64,000 nt of DNA from Octopus vulgaris (lineage: Eukaryota): contig OX597838.1 in the NCBI GenBank assembly GCA_951406725.2, positions 40,858,001-40,922,000 of the forward strand. The letters run 5' to 3'. The position numbers were made by a program, and so were the translations under genes. Every line of letters starts with the position of its first letter. Position 1 is the stretch's first letter. Of this stretch, positions 40,113-52,067 are shown piece after piece. The notes beneath the pieces are model-generated. The model worked only from the letters and a program-made list of their open reading frames with translations. It was not told the origin of the DNA and made no database searches.

Positions 40113-40358
40113 CCAGTAAGTACATCGCAACAGCTGATGTACTTGCGCGTACAAATTCACGTTCCCACGGCTTTATCGATCGCATTCTCACCTGGAATCG
40201 ATTTTTGTAATTTTTTCAAGACTTATACACGCCCTGATACTGTCGGTATCTATCTACATATCAAATTTGAGCGCAATCGGATAGAGGATGCCCGAGATCC
40301 TAGAAGACACACACACACACACACACACACATAGGCAGAACGGATTTTATATAATAGA
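40113..40358 (-). mobile_element. Non-autonomous Helitron
   Basis: Minus strand 5' TCTATTATATAAAA, 3' hairpin AAGTACATC...GATGTACTT then CTGG (CTRR); inserted between A and T. Confidence 0.7.
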
Positions 40359-41489
40359 TATTGTCCGAGCAGCATGCGTAGATTTTATTACTGGATTATA
40401 TCAGTTATCTTCAGTGATAAAATGTTAAGATCTGTCCTAGTTCGCCGAAAGCCATTAGCAAAGCTCAATAATCTAAGCAGAATCATAATTACACACAACA
40501 CGCAACTTGAAGTCATAAGGATTCGCTATCTTGAATCTGTTACGTCGTCTTTGGTCGTCTTCCTCTTTTGTTCTCCTTTATGTGAATCATTGCAATTTCA
40601 TCTTCAGTATCATGACACGTAAATGTTGCGAGTGATCTTTACTTGTTTGTATTCAGCTTGTACTCAACTGTCTACTTGAAGTTCGAAGGTAGAACTTTAT
40701 ACATTAATATTATGTCCTGTAAAACTAGTCGTGCGCAATCATTAAACCATATCTAGCAGTAAGACTCCAGCTCGGGAGTTGCTAGGGGGATATTATAGTT
40801 AACCCTTAATCACCACTACTCCCGAGTCTTCTCTGTTTGGGGCTGGTCGTACCTGTCAAGGACCCCAGTTATGAGTCTAACCGTAAAAGAGTATCCGGCG
40901 GTTAAGACATACAGAACTCGAAAGAGGACTCGTGTGCCTCGAGTTAATGAATTCCAGCTTGACTAAGCTTTGCTCACCTCAAAATGTTTTATTTGCTGTT
41001 TCTATAAAAGAACGGTTGTTTCTAAGAGGGTTATGAGCAGTGGATTCGATATCTGTAGACGATGAAGCTCATCCTGCCCTTAACGTGTTTATTTAGTCGG
41101 AGCAAAAGGAAGTAATGCGTCACGGATATTCCAATGCCTCCAATCAAGTATCAATGTCCCATCCGAATATTTGTAGTGGGGCGGCGGGGGTGGGGGAAAT
41201 TTCATCTTAGTTTTCCTATATAAGTATTTTTGGCGTTTCAGAATCATCCGAAACTTAAAAACAAGAAATTCTAGAAACGTCAATTAATGAAGGATTTGAT
41301 TTCTTATGAAATTCTTCAATAAAATTCAGCATTTATAATTGAAAACTCTGTTTCCTCCGTCTCTACATCCACCACCCCCTCTTCCTCCTTGTTTGAACAG
41401 GAATAGTTTGTGCAAAAGCATCTAGGAATACAGTTGAGCTTCGTATGCATACATGCGTTTATGTAAGTATACATACATGTATGTATATG

Positions 41490-41554
<65 letters not shown>

Positions 41555-41592
41555 TATATATATACACACACTACATATATAACACTCTATGT

Positions 41593-41674
<82 letters not shown>

Positions 41675-41922
41675 ACCACTTCAATTTTTATTCAGTACCA
41701 AACTCACATCACTACTTTCAGCGAATAATTTTACCAGAAATAATTTTAATTGGCCATCAATGATGTGTGCTTATACACACGCACACATACACACATTCAT
41801 ACACACACACACACACACATATACGTATGATGTATGTATACGTGTTTGTGTGGTTGTGTGCACCGTAGTGTGAGTGGATTTATTGTATGCAACTTTTAAA
41901 ATACGCATGAGGGTATAGAGAC

Positions 41923-41965
<43 letters not shown>

Positions 41966-42669
41966 ATGAGACAGACAGACAGAAATTCCTTGACAAATAG
42001 GAAGTCGATAACTCTTGATTTTTCAAGATGTGTGTGTATGCCTGTGTGTGCGCGTGTGCGTGTGTGTGTGTGTGTGTTGTGTACATGTCTGTTCCCGTAC
42101 CTGACGCTTATTGTTTTAAGATTAGGCGGTTCTATACATATGTATGCTGTATGGAAACGTCAATGTTCCGTAGCTCACCTCTACGAACTTACACACACAC
42201 ACACACACATACATTCCACGTGCAAACACTATGCATTAACCGCTACATAACCACACACACACACACACAAACAAATCGTTTCCTCAGCAAATATCGAGGG
42301 CCCTTAATGATTTGCAGCATTATCATTAAACTAATTAAGTATAATGGGACCAGTCAGTATTGCAGTAAAAAAAAAACCCTCCCATATACCGTTTATGAAG
42401 TATGTTACATCAGGGACGCTTTTTTGCCGCCTTTTCTTTCGTCAAAATAATAGCGAGACATTCCGAAAGTTAAATATATATCACACAAACACTGTCTCAC
42501 TCGTTTCAATCACTGGACCGCAGCCAAGCTTAATCTTGTTGATCTTATCAACCCCGGGACTTATTCTTCTTTAATCAAATTCTAGTGTTTATGTGTTTAT
42601 CTTATTCTTCGTTTGCCAAATGGCTACGTTGCGGAAGATAAACACAATGCATTGTTTCTGAAGCGCTAT

Positions 42670-42724
<55 letters not shown>

Positions 42725-42875
42725 ATCTTGCTGTTTCATGTATATTGGAAGCTGGAAACTTCGGGTAAAGAAGCTCGCTTCAGTCTTGTTCAAAGCTTTG
42801 TGAGTGGACGTGGCAGACAGAAACTGTAAGAAGCCCGTCGTTTACACACAGACACACATATATGTGTGTGTGTAC

Positions 42876-42948
<73 letters not shown>

Positions 42949-42974
42949 GGTACGTACGCCGCTATATATATATG

Positions 42975-43275
42975 TATAAAAAATACAAACTGGGACAAGA
43001 ACGCAAAACATTTTGATGACGACACAAAAAAAACACGGATGGGACATTCGAAGCCTTCAATCTTCAGTCAAGAACCGGATCATCCTCGCAATTTCGGCTG
43101 ATTAATCTTGAGATTGCTCCAATCTGGCCAGCCCCAAAGAAAAACTAAGTTAAGCGCGTTAGATTCCTTGGAAGAAAGTTTCGAATGTATACAAAAACAA
43201 GGACGGAAAAAACGCACGATGTTACACGAATATGAATACAAAAATAATACGTAAAAACGTATTAAAAATAATAAT
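42975..43275 (-). mobile_element. ~300-bp non-coding element in (TA)n carrying a permuted hammerhead
   Basis: Homologous to 54770-55070 (CTTTCTTCCAA...CTTA.CTTAG...CGAATGT.CC blocks). Confidence 0.65.
43055..43139 (-). ncRNA. Hammerhead ribozyme, non-circularly permuted, intact
   Basis: Minus strand GGCUG..GGA GCAA UC^ UCAAGA uuaau CAGCC GAAA UUGC gaggauga UCC ggu UCUUGA CUGAAGA; all three stems are Watson-Crick. Confidence 0.8.
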
Positions 43276-43277
43276 AC

Positions 43278-43318
<41 letters not shown>

Positions 43319-43371
43319 CATACACGCGTATATACATATATATATATATGCATGTATGTATGTATGTATGA

Positions 43372-44670
43372 TTTTTCTTTTAGTTTTAAGTTCTTAAGAG
43401 AATCAAAGCCTGTCACTAACAAAGTGACAAGACCTTTTGAGTTAAGAGAGCTCCCGGTGTCTGTAAATATGTGGTTGAGTTGATTTGTTGGTTGAACTGT
43501 CGAAGCGTACACCCAAGTGTGTACATCTATTAACTTAAGAATCTCGGATAGAGAATCTTTGGAGGGTCTTACAAATCTTCACTGCGCCATAGATTGATTG
43601 AATTTGTAGTATCCGCGCTAGTTTCTTTAGATCTTTCTTCGAAAAACCTATTATTTCTAGGTTTTCTGCATAGCCTAATGCATCTATGACGATAGATGCA
43701 AATGAGAATACAAGAGCCGTGAGTTACGCTTTAATTCACCATAAATGTTCTCTTTTTCCTGAACTTTTGATGGTACATTTACATCCGCAGGGCTGCTGAT
43801 TTCTACAACACTGCGAAACTTTTCTTCCCTGTCCCACAGAACAATATCAGTTCTGTTATGCTTTCACCCAATTACTGTTTTTACTCAAGTATTCCACCAG
43901 TATTCCTTGTTTGTAAAGGCGAGAATACCTGCTGGTTCTGATATGCCTTTGATGTATACATCAGGACAGTCTTTCCTGCCTTGTAACTAGTCTTTGCAAG
44001 TATATCAAACATGGCAAGTAGTATCTCGTAAACAATAAAGGACAGTTGCCGGTGATGCAGTGGCTATCTTCCATACTAAAATAAAGAGCCAACATTTTTA
44101 TCACAACGTGGGGGGAGGGTTAGTGATATCTTTGTCCCCCTTGTTTACCAGGTATTTTGTAGCTACCTCTTGTTCCTGGATAGTGAGGGCATATCCTTCT
44201 AGGTGGGGTGTAATTTATCTATCGTAGGCCCTGGTGAAGCTACTCTTCCTGTCAAGACTGGTGCTGCCCTCTAGCTTACAGGATATGTGCCCCTGCATTG
44301 CTTTTTGCTGGTATGGTGCCTGCTTTTTCCTCATGCTTCTGTTTAGATAGGACAGTAAAATTCGCCCATTGCCACGTCGAAGGAGTTTTCTGGGTCAGTT
44401 CGTTTTGTCCGTGTCCACCCCTTAATGAAGAGTAGGATTCTTCTGGTGGGTCGATAATGCGATAATTCACTGCTCGATTCGTTCCATCGTCTTTTTCACA
44501 GCAACCACAAACCGGGTGTGTCTATTCACCTCCAACAATAGAGAGCAGTCGCCATATTTCATTCCATAACGGTTTCCTCTGAAGAGCTCAGGGTTACTCT
44601 GTTGAACCCCTGGTGCGAAACCGATTGCTAAAATCGGCCGTAATGGATATATAACACTGTACATTTCGAT
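43372..44670 (-). mobile_element. Internally deleted R4-like RLE LINE: putative 5' part, CCHC remnant, RLE and 3' UTR
   Basis: EDSHCITGNCPLLFTRYYLP and KHNRTDIVLWDREEKFRSVVEISSPADVNVPSKVQEKENIYGEL at about 43730-44075; 3' end abuts (TACA)n. Confidence 0.7.
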
Positions 44671-44676
44671 TGATAA

Positions 44677-44730
<54 letters not shown>

Positions 44731-44938
44731 TATTACATACATAAATTATCTCTACAATTTCTACAATTTTGTTCTATTGTATCATGTAGATATGTTGCAT
44801 GCAATCAGACGAGCCCCGCGAATAAGTGCTCTGATGTTTGTAATAAAATTCTATTTATTTGCCAATAAACTCTGCCGAGTTTTCTTGTTTCTTTTTCCTG
44901 AATTTTTAAATAAAGGTAAATTATGGACACCCTGTATG

Positions 44939-45020
<82 letters not shown>

Positions 45021-45089
45021 TCCACTGTGATCCGTGTGTAGGAGAGGTGCAGCCAGAGGATAAGTATCCGTAAAGGCAAAGAGTCCAGT

Positions 45090-45270
45090 GGAGAAGTTTC
45101 TCTCCTTGTTTTTCACCTTGTTTTTTCTGTGTCCCTTTCTGTAGAAGAGCGTAGGCTCGAAACGTAAAAGACTTTATTCTATTCCTGAACGTTATACTAA
45201 TACATCTGTTTGTTTTGTACACCACCTGTCTTCGTCTTTTGTTGTTGTTTTTTTCGTAAATTTCCCTATA
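45090..45270 (+). mobile_element. Short hammerhead-bearing repeat; motif 45135-45170
   Basis: CUUU CUGUAGA A GAGC-GUAG-GCUC GAAA CG UA^ AAAG. Confidence 0.7.
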
Positions 45271-45288
45271 CATATATATATATATATA

Positions 45289-45718
45289 TTACTCTTTACT
45301 CTTTTACTCTTTTACTTGTTTCAGTCATTTTGACTGCGGCCATGCTGGAGCACTGCCTTTAATCGAGCAACTCGACCCCGGGACTTATTCTTTTGTAAGC
45401 CCAGTACTTATTCTATCGGTCTCTTTTTGCCGAACCGCTAAGTGACGGGGACGTAAACACACCAGCATCGGTTGTCACGCAATGCTAGGGGGACAAACAC
45501 AGGCACACAAACATATACGCACACACATATATATATATATACATATATACATATATACGACAGGCTTCTTCCAGTTTCTGTCTACCAAATCCACTCACAA
45601 GGCTTTGGTCGGCCCGAGGCTATAGCAGAAGACACTTGCCCAAGATGCCACACAGTGGGACTGAACCCGGAACCATGTGGTTGGTAAACAAGCTACTTAC
45701 CACACAGCCACTCCTGCG

Positions 45719-45720
<2 letters not shown>
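45289..45720 (-). mobile_element. SINE family A, full length
   Basis: tRNA-like head with A and B boxes, internal microsatellite, (AGTAAAAG)n tail. Confidence 0.92.
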
Positions 45721-45788
<68 letters not shown>

Positions 45789-46018
45789 TGTGTGTGTATT
45801 TATGTATGCGTTTGCGCTTGTGTGTGTGTGTGCATGTGTATTTGTGTGTATGTGTATGTGCTTGTGTGCGTGTGTATTTGTGTGCGTACAACCAATTCAA
45901 TTTTTACCAATTTGAATTTTCGAATCAGCTCACTTTCCTGCCTTAAAGACTTTATTAAGCATGAAATACAATTGACCCACTCAAGATCGTTTGCCACCGC
46001 GACACGCGTGCGCATGCA

Positions 46019-46069
<51 letters not shown>

Positions 46070-46387
46070 ACACACACACACACTTACACATACACTCATG
46101 CACAACTGATTAAGGTAGACACAGCCATGTTAGCTGTGTTTAGTTATGACTACAACCGTTGTGTCGATAATGGAATAGGAACCACGAACGTTTCCGCTGG
46201 AACTTGGCTACAAACTCTTTGAGAATTCCTTAACCTCATCAACCGACGTAAAAATTTACAATTTCTCAAACTTAATGAGTGCTTGGGCATCGGAAATAAA
46301 GTGGTTTTCTTCCCCCAGAGAAGAACGTCCTCTTAACACCAGCAGCGATATTTAATAACCAACAATAACTACAATAACAACAACAAC

Positions 46388-46399
46388 AGTAGTAGCAGC

Positions 46400-46474
<75 letters not shown>

Positions 46475-46561
46475 GGTGGTGGTGGTTGTGGTGGTGTTAT
46501 TGGTGGTGGTGGTGGTGGTGGTGGTGGTGGTGTGGTGGTGGTGGTAGTAGTAGTAGTAGTG

Positions 46562-46611
<50 letters not shown>

Positions 46612-46689
46612 GGTGGTGGTGGTGGTGGTGTTATTGGTGGTGGTGGTAGTAGTAGTAGTGGTGATGGTGGTGGTGGTGGTGGTGGTGGT

Positions 46690-46749
<60 letters not shown>

Positions 46750-46750
46750 A
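46388..46750. repeat. (AGT)n/(GGT)n compound microsatellite
   Basis: Direct inspection. Confidence 0.95.
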
Positions 46751-47214
46751 CAACAGCAACAGCAAATAGTAATAACAAATAATACTAAATACCTGAAATA
46801 AAATCAAAACTAAAAAAACTTAAACAAGAACAATAAAATTCGCCAGACGTGTTTCTTGTGCGCAAAATGACATAAAAAACTTCATTTTAGATTAAGAAAA
46901 TAAAAATTACATCAAGATTTAGATTTATTTTTTAATGCAAAATTGTAAATTTAGTAACGTGAAGTTTTCAAAAGAAAAATAGGAAAAAAAGTAGCGTAAA
47001 AAAATGGAAATTTTTTTTTTTTTTTAATATAGAAATTATTTGAAAATTCATAATTATTTTGTCGTGGCATGACGTATTTTATTGTGAAGGTTTGACTCTC
47101 ATTAGCTTGGCCATTACATTGACGCCGTAAAATCTCTATTTTTAGATGTGTTACCATTTCTTTTCTCCAATTTTAACCAAACAAACAATGTTGTCTTGTT
47201 CTGTATGTTCCTAA

Positions 47215-47615
47215 TGTGAAGACGCAGGCTGGAAAGCGGAACATTTTCCTATCGAAGTCGGATGTAGAGGATTTGTAGGACACAGCGTGAGACGACTGTT
47301 GTTATCGTTAGGCCTAACTCATCGTAAGGTCAATACCACCATGACTGATATCCAATCTACAGTGGAGAAGGCTAGCCACTGGATTTGGTTAAAAAGAGAC
47401 GATGAGCGATGGCTAGAAGTATATTGAGTTCTTCATAACCAGCTGATCTAGCAAGCGGGGCCTCATATCAGTGAGGGGGGCCGGTGTGCATTGATGCCGT
47501 CGAGAGGTAGGCCCCGAAACGGCGCGCATTCTCTCCTGATGACCCCATACACTTGCTAGCTTCCGATATACGGAGCTTTTAACTGGTAGCACTTGCATGT
47601 GCAAGTTGTTTGCAA
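47215..47615 (+). mobile_element. 5'-truncated HERO-like retrotransposon 3' end: ORF C-terminus and 3' UTR
   Basis: 47215-47427 translates CEDAGWKAEHFPIEVGCRGFVGHSVRRLLLSLG...VEKASHWIWLKRDDERWLEVY*; EVGCRGF and ASxWxWLKR are typical of this RLE clade. Absent from the ORF track. Confidence 0.85.
47448..47559 (+). ncRNA. Hammerhead ribozyme, non-circularly permuted, intact
   Basis: Stem II GGGGCCU(47457-63)/AGGCCCC(47509-15); stem III GCCG-U(47496-500)/A-CGGC(47519-23); GUC site, cut after 47501; stem I GAGAG(47502-06)/CUCUC(47531-35); CUGAUGA 47536-42; closing CUAGCAAG/CUUGCUAG. Confidence 0.8.
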
Positions 47616-47679
47616 GATATATAACACTCTAAGTTTCGCTGTTGGAGCGGGGTGATGCAAAAATAAAATATCTCTTGCA

Positions 47680-48095
47680 CAATGGCACAATGGGCTGTCG
47701 GGTTAACAAGCTCGCTTTGCGACCACCTGGTTACGGTTCAGTACTCCCAGCGCATCTCCTTGGGCAAGTGTTTTCCACTACTTTTCTGGACTGATCAATG
47801 CCTTGCAAGTAAATTTGGTAAGGCGGGTTCGAGTCCGTCGTGTATCCAGATGTCTGAATGTGTGTGCGCGCGCGTGTGTGTGTGTATATGTGTGTGCGTA
47901 TGTGTACGTGTGTGTGTGTGTACGTGTGTGTGTGAGTGTGTGTGCGCGCGCGTGTGTGTGTGTGTGTGTGTGTTTATGTTTGTCCCCCACACTCGACAAC
48001 TGGAATTGTTTTATTTACGTCTCCGTAACCTAGCGGTTCGGCTAAATTTGACTAAAATCTCTTCAATCTCTTGAGTGACTGAAACATATAAAAGA
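47680..48095 (+). mobile_element. SINE family A, diverged
   Basis: GGTTCAGTAC..CTTGGGCAAGTGT...TAGCGGTTCGGC...GACTGAAAC. Confidence 0.7.
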
Positions 48096-49287
48096 ACAAA
48101 ACGGATACACTATGAAAAACGACAAGCAAACCACCAGACCAGCTGCTAAAAATAGCAGCTAAACAGCCATCAAAGTTACATTGTCATGGACCGTACGATT
48201 CAAAGTCCGGAACTTAAACCGCTTATAATGGCGTCTAAGCGACCGAGATCACAATATTCCACTCCCCCTGGCAGGGACACAGGTCCACTGTAGGGTTAGC
48301 TTCCCAGCTTTTGGCGGGACTCAACTCATCTACAGATGAATGGAATTGAATGCTTTGCTCAAGAACACAACACGATGCCCTGCCCGGAAATCGAAACCAT
48401 AATCGTAAGAACAAAAGTGCACCAGCTCCACCACCAGGCTACGCGCCTTCAAATCACATTCTAACTTTTACAAAAAAATGCAAGACCACAATAGCAGCCA
48501 AATCTTACACAAATAACACTAACTTAATAAAAACCATGAAGGACACATCGATTCAATGGAACCCTGAATATATTGTCTTTAATTCTTTTACTTGCTTTAT
48601 TCATTAGACGGCGGCCATACTGGAGCATCTCCAAGATATATATGGAAGGTCTTAGTCGTTCGAGTTAATCCCAGGACTTATTCTAGCTCTGATGTTTATC
48701 CCATCGCCGAACCGCTAGGTCAGAAAAGGGTAACAAAGCAATGCTTGCTGTCAAGCGACGAGGCAAAGATAAAAAAAGGCACACAAGAACACACACACAC
48801 ACACACATGTATATACATATATACACGCGCGCGTACACGTACACACACACACACACATACGCACACATACGCACACATACATACATACATACATACATAC
48901 ATACATACATACATACATACATACATACATACATACATACATACATACGTGTATGTATCTATATATATGATACGTATCATAACATTGACTCAACTCTGCA
49001 TTGCTTAAACTTTCGCGGCCGCAGAAAGCGTCCTTATTCTCTGACCACTGACCACCACATCCTCAGATGTAGTCACATTTCAACGACAATAAAATTGCTG
49101 AGTGTTGATTTGGTTCGCTTGAGCACCCACTCCTATATAATGTGAGCGCGTGTGCTTGTGTGTGGGTGGGTGGGTGTGTCTATGTGTCTGTATGTATATG
49201 TGTGTGCGCCCGTATTAAGCTGAGAATTGAAATTTCATTACTCTCTTGTTTTCCTTGTTCATATTGAATTATTTGTATTGAAGTGCC

Positions 49288-49334
<47 letters not shown>

Positions 49335-49829
49335 AAAGAGGAGGGTAGAAGGGAAGACGACTAAACGAAAGAGATACAAACACCTTTCGTCTCTCGAAGG
49401 GTTTTCAACTAAGACTGGTTGATTTTGTGAGTTAGCTACATAAATCTTTCGGCTTTAATCACCGGTTTCAGACAGGCTTTACTGAACTGTGACAGATCTG
49501 ACAGTATAGTTCTAAGCTCTTTCAATAGTAAACGAGTCTCTATGTAACTCTGACCCAATTGCTTCCGTGAGATGACTTCATTAAACTGGTCGGCCATTTC
49601 CAAACCATTCAACAACGCTGTTATTAACTTGCAGCGACATATCGATAACAAGATCAAACCTTCGAACTTTAATCGTTTCAATCAGTTCAGTTTGACCTTA
49701 TATCGATTTCTCTCTCCTTCTCAATCTTTCTCTCTCTCTCCCTCTCTATGACTCACTTGTCCTCGCCTTGTATGTATGGTTATGTATATATATACATATA
49801 CATACATACATACATACATATATATATAT

Positions 49830-49896
49830 GACCCCATGATGGATCTAAGATGGAGGTACAAGAGGCGGTCAGACTCTGCATAAAGAGTAGATGACT

Positions 49897-49950
<54 letters not shown>

Positions 49951-50017
49951 AGTCGTCTACTCTTTATGCAGAGTCTGACCGCCTCTTGTACCTCCATCTT
50001 AGATCCATCATGGGGTC
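49830..50017. repeat. Near-perfect palindrome, 71-bp arms around (TA)n
   Basis: Arms 49830-49900 and 49947-50017 are reverse complements with one mismatch. Confidence 0.95.
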
Positions 50018-50264
50018 TGATGTGGCTTTTTAAACCAGGCAATGTTTTGAAAAGACACCCACATAGCTTGCCTATATCGGATTTGGACCACCAAGGGCTG
50101 CAGTTAAGTTCTCATCTTTGTGGATCTTAAAATGTCTTTTGGGGCCTCCATTAGATTTGCAGACGTTATTGCATACACGGCATGCATGTTACTATTTGTT
50201 TTTCAATGATATACACACTCGCACATATGATTACACGTGTGTGTGCGTGTGCGTGTGCGTGTGC

Positions 50265-50316
<52 letters not shown>

Positions 50317-50331
50317 GCGTGTGTGCACGTG

Positions 50332-50371
<40 letters not shown>

Positions 50372-50919
50372 TGAAAGATTTTCTTTAAAATTGTTTACCA
50401 TTTGAAAACCAGCTCAGAAAGACGGAATGACACGAACCTTTTGGACGGAAACTTCCGTACTTGGTTAACCAATATTTATCGACGAAACCGTTTATACACG
50501 CAATGCTAAAACTTCTTGTTCTGATTTTATAAAATTTATTTGTATAATTAAGGATTTAAAAAGAAAACAACCTTCCTTCACATGCTGCTACCGTATCACG
50601 TATCCTTTGCAAAACTTTTATGTGTGTGTGTGTAAAAGAAGCTATTTCAGATGCATATCTTATTTATAAAAAGTTTGATTACAAAGATTACATCATGAAA
50701 AAACCGTTTTCATCAGGTGATTAAAATTTTACGGAGATGTACTTGCATAGCAAGTGACCTGATTTGAGATCGTGTGCTGGAACGAAAACAATTGCAGCGT
50801 GGGAGGTGGTTTATAGGCCATTTAAGAAACACACAAAAACCGTTAGATTCACTTCAACATTTAAATTTAATTCGCCAAAATATTTTCGTCGCTTTTCAAA
50901 ATTTTTTTAGAAGAATAGA

Positions 50920-51480
50920 TCACTAGAAGTAGAACGACTCTCTTACTCAGCCATTTTCCAAAAGAGTAAAAACATATTGAGAACTTCCTCAATTTAACTG
51001 GTTGTCATGGAAACACGCAGGTCAGAGATCACCTCTTCTAGCTCTCTCAATGCCCTAGTCACTCACCCAGCCCCCTCCCTACTCTAACTATCTCTTATTG
51101 TTCTTCCCCACTGAACCGCATACACCCTCCTTCCACCGACTTCTATTTGCCTACTTCCTCTCCCATTCTACCCTTAAATTCCTTGCATTATCATCTGAAA
51201 TGTTAGATTCCAATCTCTCCACCCAGAAAACGGAGGCCGGATTTACGATTTACGCTAATGTTTTTTCAAGCCTCCAGTACGAGTTGCATATTCTTGACTT
51301 CCTGCACAGTCCATCTGGCAACATTACAACTGTTACGTATTTCCAAGCCCCAGAAACAGCTGTCGGACCCGAAATACCCTCTTCTTTAGTTTTCTGCATC
51401 GTTTGTACACTATGTAAATCTGTTTTGTAAATCTATCAATATCTACAATGCTTACACATGAATGTTCATCTTCTGAATTT
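50920..51480 (+). mobile_element. Decayed PLE-type terminal region with hammerhead remnant
   Basis: GAAA CAGCUG UC GGA (palindromic stem III) at about 51353-51367; homologous to 5640-6350. Confidence 0.45.
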
Positions 51481-51849
51481 TTTTCAGTTTTTGCTTCTCT
51501 CTATATATATATGATCTTATCTACATTTACATGTGTATATGTGTGTATATATGTATGTATTTTTTATGTATGTATATTTCATATATGTACATTCTTTTAT
51601 TCTTTTACTCTTTTGCTTGTTTCAATCATTTGACTGTGGCCATGCTGGAGCACTGCGTATATTTTATATATCAAGCCCAAATCAGTTTATTTGTTTATTT
51701 TGCGTCATTATCTCCATAGCAACAGACCTGGATTCTTCTTTTAGCCAATCCTTGTCCTCGACAAAGATTTCGAAGTGTAAGTTCAAACCATTGGAGCATT
51801 ACTGCTTTTTTAACATCTCTGGATCTCATCTGTTGACGCTATATTTAAT

Positions 51850-51880
<31 letters not shown>

Positions 51881-51987
51881 GTGTGTAGTTGTGTACATGT
51901 GTGTCTGTGTGGTAGTGTATGCGTGTGTGCGATAGGATCTGTGTGCGTGTGTGTCTTTGTGGTAGTGTATATACATACATACATACA

Positions 51988-52067
<80 letters not shown>

